Positions 17,240 through 25,952 of a stretch of 64,000 bases of DNA are shown here, one piece after another. Position 1 is the first letter of the stretch. Each line of letters begins with the position of its first letter. The translations under genes were made by a program, and so were the position numbers. The stretch spans positions 188,816-252,815 of the forward strand of contig JALOAL010000001.1 of NCBI GenBank assembly GCA_023228825.1. The letters run 5' to 3'. The notes beneath the pieces are model-generated. The model did no database searches. It saw only the letters and a program-made list of their open reading frames with translations, and was not told where the DNA came from. Source of the DNA: Dehalococcoidia bacterium (GTDB lineage: Bacteria > Chloroflexota > Dehalococcoidia > UBA2979).

Positions 17240-17486
17240 CACCAGGTCGCTCACTGCGCCGCCTGCCTCGCCCGCAGCCGTTCGAGCACCCGCTGCCGTG
17301 CGCCGCTGGACGCAGGAGCCTCGGTGATGGCGGGGATAGTGACCTCGCGCACGCCCGGCCGAATCCCGCCAGCGGTGCAACGCGGGCGGGGGGTCGGCGG
17401 GATGTATCATCCGTGCGTGCAGGCCGCACTCGGGGGGCGGGCTCGACGTGTTCGAGGCCGACGGGTGCACGGGAGGACAGAGCAGG

Positions 17487-19814
17487 ATGACGACAGTCGA
17501 GCAGGACGCGCAGCAGTACCGGATCATTGGCACGAGCCCACGGAGGCCGGACGGCGTCGAGAAGGTGACCGGGCGCGCCGTGTACGGTGCGGACGTGCGC
17601 CTCTCCGGCCTGCTGCACGGTCGCGTGAAGCGCAGCCCCCACGCTCACGCAATCATCAAGCGCATCGACGTGTCGAAGGCCCTCGCACTGCCGGGCGTGC
17701 TCGCGGTGGTACTGCACTCGGACTTCCCGGCGCCGTCCGAGCCGATCATGCAGACGATCCGCGGCCCCCAGCCGTCTGACTGGGACACCGAGCGCATCAT
17801 TGCCCGCCGCAAGGTGCTCTTCCGTGGCCACCCCGTGGCAGCCGTCGCCGCTACCGACCACCACATTGCCGAGGATGCCCTCGAACTGATCGAGGTCGAG
17901 TACGAAGTGCTGCCGGCGGTGGTCACCATGGACGACGCCATTGCCGCCGGTGCGCCCATCCTGCACGACGACGGCAAGGCGGACATGGTGGAGGGCCTCT
18001 TCACCCCCGTGGACGGCCGTCCCACGAACATCGCGCGCACGCTGGAACTCGGCCTGGGCGACGTGGAGGCGGGCTTCGCGGAGTCCGAGGTGGTGCTGGA
18101 GCGCGTCTACGAGACGGCGATGGCGCATCAGGGCTACATCGAGCCGCACAACGCCACCGCCATGTGGAACAGCGACGGCAAGGTCACCATCTGGACCAGC
18201 ACGCAGGGCGCCTTCGGCATCCGCGGCAACGTCTCGCGCATCCTCAACCTGCCGCTGGGCGACCTGAAGGTCGTCCCGGCCGAGATCGGCGGCGGCTTCG
18301 GCGCGAAGAACGTGGTCTACCTGGAGCCGCTGGCCGCGCTCCTTTCGAAGAAGACCGGACGTCCGGTGCAGATCACGATGAACCGCACGGAGGTGCTGGA
18401 GGCCACCGGGCCCACGTCCGGCACCCGCTCCTGGGTGCGCATCGGCGCGAAGCGTGACGGTACGCTGGTGGCCGCCGACATCCGCCTGGAGTACGAGGCG
18501 GGCGCCTACCCCGGCTCGCCCATGCCGGGCGGCGCGCGTTGCGCCCTGGGCCCATACTTCGTGCCGAACCAGCGCATCGTGGGCTACGACATCGTCCTGA
18601 ACCGGCCGAAGGTGGCGGCGTACCGCGCACCGGGCGCGCCCGCCTCCGAGTTCGCGGTGGAGTCGCTTCTGGACGAACTGTCGGAGCGGCTACAGATGGA
18701 CCCCACGGAGTTGCGCCTGAAGAACGCCGCCGTCCCCGGCACGCCTCGCAGCGACGGCGCTACGCACGGCAGCATCGGCGCGCGCGAGACCATGGAGGCG
18801 CTCGTCAACCACCCGCACTACCGCTCGGAGATCACCGGCCAGGACATCGGCCGAGGGGTGGCGGTGGGCTTCTGGCAGAACGGCGGCGGCGAGTCCTCCG
18901 CGTACGCGAATGTGCACTCGGACGGGCGGGTGACGCTCATCACCGGCTCCGTGGACATCGGCGGGCAGCGTGCGGCGTTGGCGATGCAGTTCGCGGAGGC
19001 CATGGGCATCGCGTACGAGGACATCACCTCGCTCGTGGGGGACACGGACAGCATCGGCTTCACCGGCAACACCGGGGGCAGCCGCACCACCTTCGCCACC
19101 GGCTGGGCCGTGTACCAGGCCGCCATGGACGTCCGCAAGCAACTCGAAGAGCGCATGGCCCGCATCTGGGAGTGCGATCCGTCCGAGGTGGCCTATGACC
19201 CCGAGGACGCCACCCTGAAGGGCCCCGAGGGGAAGTCGATGACCTTCCAGGAGGCGGCACGCCGCCTCCCCGGCAGCGGCGGCAACATCCAGGGCCAGGC
19301 GAACGTGGTCTCCACCAACGTGGGCAAGGTGGGCGCCTGCTACGGCGCGCACATCGCAGATGTGCATGTGGACCGGGAGACCGGCAAGGTCACCGTGCTC
19401 CGCTACACCGCCATCCAGGACGTGGGCAAGGCGATCCACCGCGACTACGTGGAAGGCCAGATCCAGGGCGGCGCCGTGCAGGGCATCGGCATGGCGCTGC
19501 ACGAGGAGTACGTCTACGACGAGGACGGGCGCATGGTGAACGCCTCGTTCCTGGACTACCGCATGCCGGTGGCCAACGACCTGCCGATGATCGAGACCGT
19601 GCTCGTGGAGGTGCCGAACCCCGGCCACCCCTACGGCGTGCGCGGCGTGGGCGAGGTGCCCATCGTCCCGCCGCTGGGGGCGATCGCGAACGCCATCTAT
19701 GACGCCGTGGGCGTCCGCGTCACGCGCCTGCCGGCCTCGCCCCGCGTGATCCTCGAGGGCCTCGACGCGCTCGAGGGCAGCGCGGGCACGACGACGACGG
19801 AGGCCGCGGGGTAG
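17487..19814 (+). CDS. Xanthine dehydrogenase/aldehyde oxidase-type molybdopterin-binding large subunit (CoxL/XdhA/YagR-like)
   Basis: The N-terminus (IGTSPRRPDGVEKVTGRAVYGADV) is typical. The protein is about 775 aa. The start is at MTTVEQ with a GGGAGGACAG Shine-Dalgarno. No small (2Fe-2S) or medium (FAD) subunit gene is adjacent. Confidence 0.8.
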   Translation: MTTVEQDAQQYRIIGTSPRRPDGVEKVTGRAVYGADVRLSGLLHGRVKRSPHAHAIIKRIDVSKALALPGVLAVVLHSDFPAPSEPIMQTIRGPQPSDWDTERIIARRKVLFRGHPVAAVAATDHHIAEDALELIEVEYEVLPAVVTMDDAIAAGAPILHDDGKADMVEGLFTPVDGRPTNIARTLELGLGDVEAGFAESEVVLERVYETAMAHQGYIEPHNATAMWNSDGKVTIWTSTQGAFGIRGNVSRILNLPLGDLKVVPAEIGGGFGAKNVVYLEPLAALLSKKTGRPVQITMNRTEVLEATGPTSGTRSWVRIGAKRDGTLVAADIRLEYEAGAYPGSPMPGGARCALGPYFVPNQRIVGYDIVLNRPKVAAYRAPGAPASEFAVESLLDELSERLQMDPTELRLKNAAVPGTPRSDGATHGSIGARETMEALVNHPHYRSEITGQDIGRGVAVGFWQNGGGESSAYANVHSDGRVTLITGSVDIGGQRAALAMQFAEAMGIAYEDITSLVGDTDSIGFTGNTGGSRTTFATGWAVYQAAMDVRKQLEERMARIWECDPSEVAYDPEDATLKGPEGKSMTFQEAARRLPGSGGNIQGQANVVSTNVGKVGACYGAHIADVHVDRETGKVTVLRYTAIQDVGKAIHRDYVEGQIQGGAVQGIGMALHEEYVYDEDGRMVNASFLDYRMPVANDLPMIETVLVEVPNPGHPYGVRGVGEVPIVPPLGAIANAIYDAVGVRVTRLPASPRVILEGLDALEGSAGTTTTEAAG

Positions 19815-19840
19815 GGGGCCACCCCCACCCCGCCTGGCGT

Positions 19841-20110
19841 ATGGCCATCCTGCACGTCCCCGCCTCGCTGCGGGCGCTGACAGATGGTCGTGAGCGCTTC
19901 GAGGTCCCCGGTGCGGCAACCCTCCGGCAGGTCGTGGAGGCGGTGGGCCGCGAGTGCCCGGAACTGGCGGCGCGCATCGCCACGGACGGCGAACTGCGGC
20001 CAGACATGGCGGTCGCCATCGACGGCTCGATCATCGAGGAAGGCGGACTGCTGACGCCCGTGGAGGCGGACGCGGAGATCTACCTCGTCCCGCCGATCGG
20101 CGGAGGATGA
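19841..20110 (+). CDS. MoaD/ThiS-family sulfur-carrier protein (C-terminal GG)
   Basis: It is 89 aa, ends ...PPIGGG* and has a beta-grasp-like sequence. Confidence 0.6.
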   Translation: MAILHVPASLRALTDGRERFEVPGAATLRQVVEAVGRECPELAARIATDGELRPDMAVAIDGSIIEEGGLLTPVEADAEIYLVPPIGGG

Positions 20111-20242
20111 CCGTACCAGACGCTGGCGGAACGCCTCCCGCAGGGGCGTTTCGTGGTGCTGCCGGGCGTCGCCCACATCCCGCAGATCGAGCAGCCGGAG
20201 GCCATCGCCGCCCTCGTACGCGAGGTGGCGAGCCAGTCCTGA
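20111..20242 (+). pseudogene. Remnant encoding the C-terminal about 43 aa of an alpha/beta-hydrolase-fold protein (…LPQGRFVVLPGVAHIPQIEQPEAIAALVREVASQS*)
   Basis: It continues in the same frame immediately after the MoaD TGA stop. There is no start codon or N-terminal domain. The sequence matches the conserved C-terminal His region of alpha/beta hydrolases. Confidence 0.5.
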
Positions 20243-20349
20243 GCGCGCCGGTCCAGCGTTCCTGGCGGGGGGAGGGTGGCAGGCAAGCGCCGGGTGTTCG
20301 AGACTTCGTGTGAGCCCCTTTGCTCGCCTCATCCTGCTGGGAGCCGTAC

Positions 20350-22797
20350 ATGCTGGTGTCGTTGAAGTGGTTGCGTGAGTACGTCGACATCCCGAACGAC
20401 GTGGACGTGGACGACCTGGCGCACCGCCTGACCATGGCCAGCGCGGAGGTAGAGGGCATCCAGCGCCTGGGCGCCCAGTGGGACCGCGACCTGATCCGCG
20501 TGGGACACGTGCTGCAGGTGGACCCGCACCCCAACGCAGACCGCCTGCGCCTGGCCACGGTGGACTTCGGCGGCGGTGAGCCCCAGACCGTCGTCTGCGG
20601 CGCGCCGAACCTCCAGGCCGGGCAGCGCATCGCGTTCGCGCGCGAGGGGGCGCGGGTGCGGGACGGGCACTCTGGCAAGGAGATGACGCTGAAGCGCACG
20701 AAGATCCGCGACGTGGAGTCTGCGGGCATGGTGCTCTCCGAGCGCGAACTCGGCCTGTCCGAGGAACACGAGGGCATTGTCGTCCTGCCGGAGGATGCGC
20801 CCGTGGGCACGCCGCTGGCCGAGTACCTGGGCGACACGATCCTGGACGTCCACATCTGGCCGAACCGCGCGGACATGATGAGCATCACCGGCATCGCCCG
20901 CGAGGTGGCCGCCGTCCTCGGCGCCACCGTGCGCCCGCCGTCCGCCGACTACCCCACCAGCGACGTGCCGGCGTCCGAGGCCGTCTCGGTCGCCATCGAG
21001 GACCCCGCGCTGTGCGCGCGCTACGTGGCGACGGTGATCGAGGGCGTGCAGGTGGGGCCGTCGCCGGAGTGGCTCCAGCAGCGGCTGCGCTCTGCCGGGC
21101 AGCGGCCGATCTCCAACGTGGTGGACATCACGAACTACGTCATGCTCGAACTGGGGCAGCCGCTGCACGCGTTCGATCTGGACACCGTGCGTGGCGAGGT
21201 GGGCGTGCGCCTGGCGCGCGACGGCGAGACGCTGCGGACCCTCGACGGCGTCGACCGCTCGCTGGCGCCGGACACGCTGGTGATCACGGACGAGGCCGGC
21301 CCCATCGCGCTGGCCGGCGTCATGGGCGGCCAGCACACCGAGGTCACCCCGGGCACCACGCGCATACTGCTGGAGGCGGCCCGCTTCGACCCGGTCAGTA
21401 TCCGCCGCACCTCCACCCGGCTTGCCCTCCGCTCCGAGGCCTCCTCGCGCTTCGAGCGCGGCCTCTCGCCGGACCTGGCGATGGAGGCCTCGCGGCGCGC
21501 GACGCAGTTGTTCGTGGAGGTGGCGGGCGGCACGGCGCTGGCGGGCGCGGTGGACGTCTACCCCGCCCCCGCCGAACGCACCGAGGTGACCGTGCCGCGC
21601 CGTCGCCTGGACACTGTGATCGGCGTCCACGTGCCCACCGCGGAGGTGGTGAGCATCCTGGAGACGCTGGGCTTCGAGGTGCTGGAGACGGACCGAGAGC
21701 AGGCGGACGGCGCGTTCCGCATCCGCGCCCCCTGGTGGCGCACCGACATCGGCATTCCGGACGACATCGCGGAGGAGGTGGTGCGCCTGGCCGGGTACGA
21801 CCGCCTGCCGGCGGCGGCCATCCGCGCCGCGATCCCGGCGTGGGAGCCCTCGCCGATGCCCGACCTGCGCGACCGGGTGGTGGACGCGCTGGTGGGTGCG
21901 GGCATGCAGGAGACCATCACCTACTCGCTCACGACGGACGAGGTGCTCCTGCGCGTGATGCCGCGCGAGGACCTGGAGGTGATCCGCCCGCTCCGCCTCA
22001 AGAACACGCTCTCCTCCGACCGCGAGGTCATGCGTCCCACCCTGCGCCACGCGGTGCTGGAGACGGTCGAGCGCAGCATCCGCGCGGGTGCGGAGCGCAT
22101 TGCCGTCTTCGAGTCCGGGCGGACCTACCTCCCGCGCCGGGGCGGCGACACCGAAGGCGATGGCGTGCTTCCCGAGGAGCGCGAGGTGGTGATCGGCGCG
22201 GTCTCCGGGCACGACCTCGACCGCTGGGGGCGCCCCACGGACCGCGCGCTCGACTTCTACGACGCGAAGGGGGTGGTGGAGGCGTTGTTCGACGTCCTTC
22301 AGACGCCCGTGACGTTCCAGGCCGCCGAGGCGTTCGGCATGATGCGCGGCCGCACGGCGCACCTGCTGGTGGGCGAAGCGCCCGTGGGCGTGCTGGCCGA
22401 GGTGCACCCGGACGTACTGGACGCCTTCGAGATCGGGCAGCCGGTGCTCCTCTTCGAGGTTGACCTGCCCTCGCTGCTGCCGCACGTGGGCGGGCGTCGG
22501 GCTGCGCAGTCGGTGCCGCGCTACCCGGCCGTGGAGCAGGACCTGGCGGTGGTGGTGGACGCGGAGGTGCCGGCGGCCCGTATCCAGGCCGTGCTGGAGG
22601 GCTCACCGCTGGTCACGAGCGCCCGCGTGTTCGACGTCTTCCACGACGAGCGCCTGGGCGAGGGCAAGAAGAGCATCGCCTTCGCGATCCGATACCAGGC
22701 GCCCAACCGCACGCTGACCTCGGAAGACGCGAACCGGGAGCAGGCCAAACTCCTGAAGCGCCTGGAACGCGAGTTCGGCGCCACCCTGCGCGGGTAG
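20350..22797 (+). CDS. pheT: Phenylalanine--tRNA ligase beta subunit
   Basis: The N-terminus MLVSLKWLREYVDIP is canonical. The protein is about 815 aa and includes B3/4, B5 and FDX-ACB regions. Confidence 0.9.
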   Translation: MLVSLKWLREYVDIPNDVDVDDLAHRLTMASAEVEGIQRLGAQWDRDLIRVGHVLQVDPHPNADRLRLATVDFGGGEPQTVVCGAPNLQAGQRIAFAREGARVRDGHSGKEMTLKRTKIRDVESAGMVLSERELGLSEEHEGIVVLPEDAPVGTPLAEYLGDTILDVHIWPNRADMMSITGIAREVAAVLGATVRPPSADYPTSDVPASEAVSVAIEDPALCARYVATVIEGVQVGPSPEWLQQRLRSAGQRPISNVVDITNYVMLELGQPLHAFDLDTVRGEVGVRLARDGETLRTLDGVDRSLAPDTLVITDEAGPIALAGVMGGQHTEVTPGTTRILLEAARFDPVSIRRTSTRLALRSEASSRFERGLSPDLAMEASRRATQLFVEVAGGTALAGAVDVYPAPAERTEVTVPRRRLDTVIGVHVPTAEVVSILETLGFEVLETDREQADGAFRIRAPWWRTDIGIPDDIAEEVVRLAGYDRLPAAAIRAAIPAWEPSPMPDLRDRVVDALVGAGMQETITYSLTTDEVLLRVMPREDLEVIRPLRLKNTLSSDREVMRPTLRHAVLETVERSIRAGAERIAVFESGRTYLPRRGGDTEGDGVLPEEREVVIGAVSGHDLDRWGRPTDRALDFYDAKGVVEALFDVLQTPVTFQAAEAFGMMRGRTAHLLVGEAPVGVLAEVHPDVLDAFEIGQPVLLFEVDLPSLLPHVGGRRAAQSVPRYPAVEQDLAVVVDAEVPAARIQAVLEGSPLVTSARVFDVFHDERLGEGKKSIAFAIRYQAPNRTLTSEDANREQAKLLKRLEREFGATLRG

Positions 22798-22844
22798 GCC
22801 TCGCCTCCAGCCGCTACCCTCGCCACGGACAGGAGGCGAGGACC

Positions 22845-23720
22845 ATGGCAGGCCCGTTCCCCGAGACGCTTGCTGGCGTCCCCGAACGTGCGAGGGCGCT
22901 CCTTTACGGCGCGGTCGACCTCCATGTACACGCGGGGCCAGACCCCTTCGCTGAGCGGCGGCTGGACGCGCTGGCGCTGGCGCGCGACTACCGCGAGGCG
23001 GGGCTGGCCGGGTTCGTCCTCAAGAGCCACGAGTATCCAACGCAGGCGCTCGCCTGGGCCGTGGCGCAGGTTGTGGAGGACATCCGCATCGCGGGGGCGA
23101 TCGCGCTGGACCGCGGAGTGGGCGGGCTGAACCCGGATGCGCTGGAGGCGGCGCTGCGGATGGGCACGCGCGTGGTCTGGATGCCCACCTTCGACACGGC
23201 GTGGTCGCGCGCGAACTTCGGCCGCTGGCACAGTCGGGGCGAGCCGGTGCGCGTCCTGGACGCCGGCGGCGCCCTGCTCCCGGAGGCCCGTGAGTGCCTC
23301 GCGCTGGTCGATGAGCACGAGGCGACGCTATGCACGGGACACCTCTCGCCGGAGGAGACTCTCGCCGTCGTCCAGGAGGCGAGAGGACGCGGCATCCGCA
23401 CGGTGGTGACGCACCCCACGCCCTTCGGCATTCCGCGGGCGGTGCAGGAGCAGTGCGCTGCGCTCGGCGCGTACGTGGAGCACTGCGCGAACACCTCGTT
23501 CAAGGAGGACGGCGCGGAGCAGGCAGCGGCCATGGTGGCGGACGCGCGGGCGGTGGGCGTCGAGCGCGTGGTGCTCTCGACAGACCTCGGACAGGCGGGC
23601 AACCCGCACCCGGCGGTGGGCCTGGCGCTGTGGGCGGAGGTCTTCTTGGCGGCCGGCTTCAGCGAGGACGAGGTGCGCCGCATGGTGTCTGCCAACGCTC
23701 GGGACGCCCTCGGCTGGTAG
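22845..23720 (+). CDS. Putative metal-dependent hydrolase of the amidohydrolase/TIM-barrel type
   Basis: Metal-ligand-like motifs are spread along its 291 aa (DLHVH, HEY, TGH, THPT, STD). The Shine-Dalgarno is AGGAGG. Confidence 0.4.
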   Translation: MAGPFPETLAGVPERARALLYGAVDLHVHAGPDPFAERRLDALALARDYREAGLAGFVLKSHEYPTQALAWAVAQVVEDIRIAGAIALDRGVGGLNPDALEAALRMGTRVVWMPTFDTAWSRANFGRWHSRGEPVRVLDAGGALLPEARECLALVDEHEATLCTGHLSPEETLAVVQEARGRGIRTVVTHPTPFGIPRAVQEQCAALGAYVEHCANTSFKEDGAEQAAAMVADARAVGVERVVLSTDLGQAGNPHPAVGLALWAEVFLAAGFSEDEVRRMVSANARDALGW

Positions 23721-23744
23721 GGGCGGCGAGCGCAGGATGAGCGA

Positions 23745-23785
23745 CATAAGAAAAGCCGCCCCCATCAGTCGGGGAGCGGCTTCTC
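23745..23785 (+). terminator. Rho-independent terminator after the hydrolase gene
   Basis: A hairpin AAGCCGCCCCC...GGGGAGCGGCTT is followed by a T-rich tract (CTCGGTTT). Confidence 0.6.
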
Positions 23786-23805
23786 GGTTTATCTCGAAGG
23801 GTGGG

Positions 23806-24255
23806 CTACTGTCCGTCGGCGTCCACGAGCCCAGCGCGACTGTTCAGTTCCCCGCTAACCTGACGGGCCATCTCGAACCGGATCGGATCGTCCGTCGAGT
23901 TCATTGTATGGCTTGCCCCGTGACTGCCAGAGACGGCGAGATGGTGGCAGGTGCATGTACACAAGCCTTCGGCTTTCTCACCATCAAGTATCTCGAAGCG
24001 GTAGCCGTTGCAAAGGCGATGAAGCAAAGGCACACGGCACCACATCTGGGCACGTGGCCCTGCGAGTGAAGGCGCCCGCGACCCGGTCGCGATCTCGTCC
24101 TGGAAAAGTTGCAGGGTCCTCCTCTGGCGCTGCCAAGCCGTGAGCGCTCGCTTTTCGATGTCAGTTGCCGCATCGCCCTTAGCCATGGCCGCAGCAGCAA
24201 GGCGCAAGACCTGCTGTTCGATCTCGGCATCGGTCATGCCGTCTTCGTATGTCAT
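23806..24255 (-). CDS. Hypothetical Cys-rich protein (…CNGYRFEILDGEKAEGLCTCTCHH…) on a lower-GC islet
   Basis: I set the start at MTYEDGM with a GGGAG Shine-Dalgarno. It is 149 aa. Local GC is about 48-60%. No family is recognised. Confidence 0.35.
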   Translation of the reverse strand: MTYEDGMTDAEIEQQVLRLAAAAMAKGDAATDIEKRALTAWQRQRRTLQLFQDEIATGSRAPSLAGPRAQMWCRVPLLHRLCNGYRFEILDGEKAEGLCTCTCHHLAVSGSHGASHTMNSTDDPIRFEMARQVSGELNSRAGLVDADGQ

Positions 24256-24338
24256 TTCGGCCCCGCTCCCGATGCGAGTATAGCCCGCCATCCGACCGAA
24301 TACGCGGGAACACACCTAAGAGTGGGGAGGGGGGACGC

Positions 24339-24698
24339 CTACGCGGCGAGGGCTGCCCTGGCCTGCTCCGCCACGCGGCCGAACGCCTCCGGCTCGCGGA
24401 CGGCGAGGTCTGCGAGGATCTTGCGGTCGAGTTCGATGCCGGCGCGTCGCAGGCCATCGATGAAGCGGCCGTAGGAGAGGCCGTGGAGGCGGGCGGCGGC
24501 GTTGATGCGGGTGATCCAGAGGCGGCGGAACTGGCCCTTGCGGTCGCGGCGGTGGATCGTCGCGTAGCGGAGGGCGTGGATCATGGACTGGTGCGCGACC
24601 TTGTAGTTGGTCCGGCGCTTGCCACGATGCCCTTCAGTCAGGGAGAGGACCTTGCGGTGACGGTTGCGGGCCTGGACCCGGGAGCGGACGCGTGCCAT
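24339..24698 (-). CDS. rplT: 50S ribosomal protein L20
   Basis: The sequence [18 protein letters not shown]...[17 protein letters not shown] is canonical. Confidence 0.9.
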   Translation of the reverse strand: MARVRSRVQARNRHRKVLSLTEGHRGKRRTNYKVAHQSMIHALRYATIHRRDRKGQFRRLWITRINAAARLHGLSYGRFIDGLRRAGIELDRKILADLAVREPEAFGRVAEQARAALAA

Positions 24699-24727
24699 GT
24701 GGGGAGCCTTCTGTATCTGCTGGGGGC

Positions 24728-24793
24728 TGGACTGCTACTCGTGAAGCCGGACTGCTACTGGCCGGACTGCTATTGGCCGGACTGCTATTGGTA
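24728..24793. repeat. 15-bp tandem repeat (ccggactgcta[ct]tgg), about 4 copies, in the rpmI–rplT intergenic spacer
   Basis: The sequence reads ggactgctactcgtgaagcc ggactgctactggcc ggactgctattggcc ggactgctattgg. Confidence 0.8.
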
Positions 24794-24804
24794 ACTCGGC
24801 GCCG

Positions 24805-25062
24805 CTAGGAGTTGGTGCTCACGCGCGGTGAGCCCTGCTCGTTCGGCTGCTTGTGCGGCGCGGGGGTGGGCGAGGCGTACGGCAACTTCCGACGGATCGC
24901 CTTCACGAGCGTGGAGTTCGCCGCCACGTTCTCGCGGTTCTGGTACATCTTCGAACGCGAGCGCTTGCTGCGCTTCGGGTTGAACGTACGCAACATGACC
25001 TTGCCCGTCCCCGTAATGCGGACGCGCTTGGCCGTACCCTTGTGGGTCTTCATCTTCGGCAC
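24805..25062 (-). CDS. rpmI: 50S ribosomal protein L35 with an approximately 20-aa C-terminal extension
   Basis: It begins V/MPKMKTHKGTAKR... with a probable GTG start after a GAGGGGAA Shine-Dalgarno. Confidence 0.8.
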   Translation of the reverse strand: MPKMKTHKGTAKRVRITGTGKVMLRTFNPKRSKRSRSKMYQNRENVAANSTLVKAIRRKLPYASPTPAPHKQPNEQGSPRVSTNS

Positions 25063-25099
25063 GCGGGTGTTCCCCTCGGTCAGTGGCTCGTCGCGACGG

Positions 25100-25765
25100 C
25101 TATTCCGCCGCGACGGCCTCGGTAGGAGTCTCAGCAGTGGCTTCCGATGGCTCGGAGGCAACCGCCTGTGGCTCATTCTGCTGGCTGGTCGCCTTGGCGT
25201 CAGCCCTCTTCTGCTTCTCGTCCGCCACCTTGCGAGCGGCCGCCTTCTTGGCGGGGTCCAACGTCATGGACATGAACCGGCCCTCAAGCCGAGGCGGGCG
25301 CTCCAGGTCTGCAACGTCCTCCACGCGGGCGTAGAACTTCTTGAGCAGTTCCTCCGCCACCTCTGGGTGCGTGTTCTCGCGCGCCCGGAGCATGACGGAG
25401 ACCTTGACCTTGTCGCCGTCCAGCAGCAATTTGCGGGCGGTGCGGATCTTGAAGTCGCGGTCGTGAGTGTCGATCTTGACCTTCATGCGCACTTCGCGCA
25501 ACTCGACCTGCTTGGCGCCGCGCCTGGCGTCCCGTTCCTTCTTGGCCTGTTCGTACTTGAACTTCCCGTAGTCCATGATCTTCACCACGGGGGGACTGGC
25601 CGTTGGAGCGATCTCCACCAGGTCCAGGTTGGCCTCGTCAGCCAGCCGCTGGGCCTCACGGGTGTCCATGATTCCCAACTGCTCGTCGCCGCGGATCACA
25701 CGCACCTGCGGGATGCGGATCTGCTCGTTCAGTCGAAGGTCTTTAGCGATCGGACATACCTCCAC
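25100..25765 (-). CDS. infC: Translation initiation factor IF-3 with an acidic C-terminal extension
   Basis: Characteristic IF-3 motifs (…RDARRGAKQ…) are present. The start codon is probably non-ATG. The tracked start is a GTG. Confidence 0.85.
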   Translation of the reverse strand: MEVCPIAKDLRLNEQIRIPQVRVIRGDEQLGIMDTREAQRLADEANLDLVEIAPTASPPVVKIMDYGKFKYEQAKKERDARRGAKQVELREVRMKVKIDTHDRDFKIRTARKLLLDGDKVKVSVMLRARENTHPEVAEELLKKFYARVEDVADLERPPRLEGRFMSMTLDPAKKAAARKVADEKQKRADAKATSQQNEPQAVASEPSEATAETPTEAVAAE

Positions 25766-25952
25766 AGCCGCGGCCGCCTTGCCTGGGGCCGCCTACACGT
25801 CCGTATTCTACCAAAGAGGCGCGCTGAACGTGTGGCCGCCGGCACGCGATCCGTGCAGATCCCGAGACGCGACGGTCAGGCGGCGGACGCCATCACGCCC
25901 TGCATCCGCCTCGCTCGACCTCTGGAGGGCCCTCGAAGCGTCGGGGCGGGCG

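Noticed and set aside
17009-17779. Plus-strand 256-aa ORF overlapping the xdh 5' region
   Set aside because: It is Arg/Pro/Gly-rich low-complexity and overlaps the well-supported xdh start and RBS. It is a spurious ORF.
16725-18149. 474-aa minus-strand ORF antisense to the XDH gene and the small operon
   Set aside because: It has an Arg/Pro-rich composition and no RBS. It is typical of spurious antisense ORFs in 70% GC DNA, and the sense strand carries a well-supported XDH gene.
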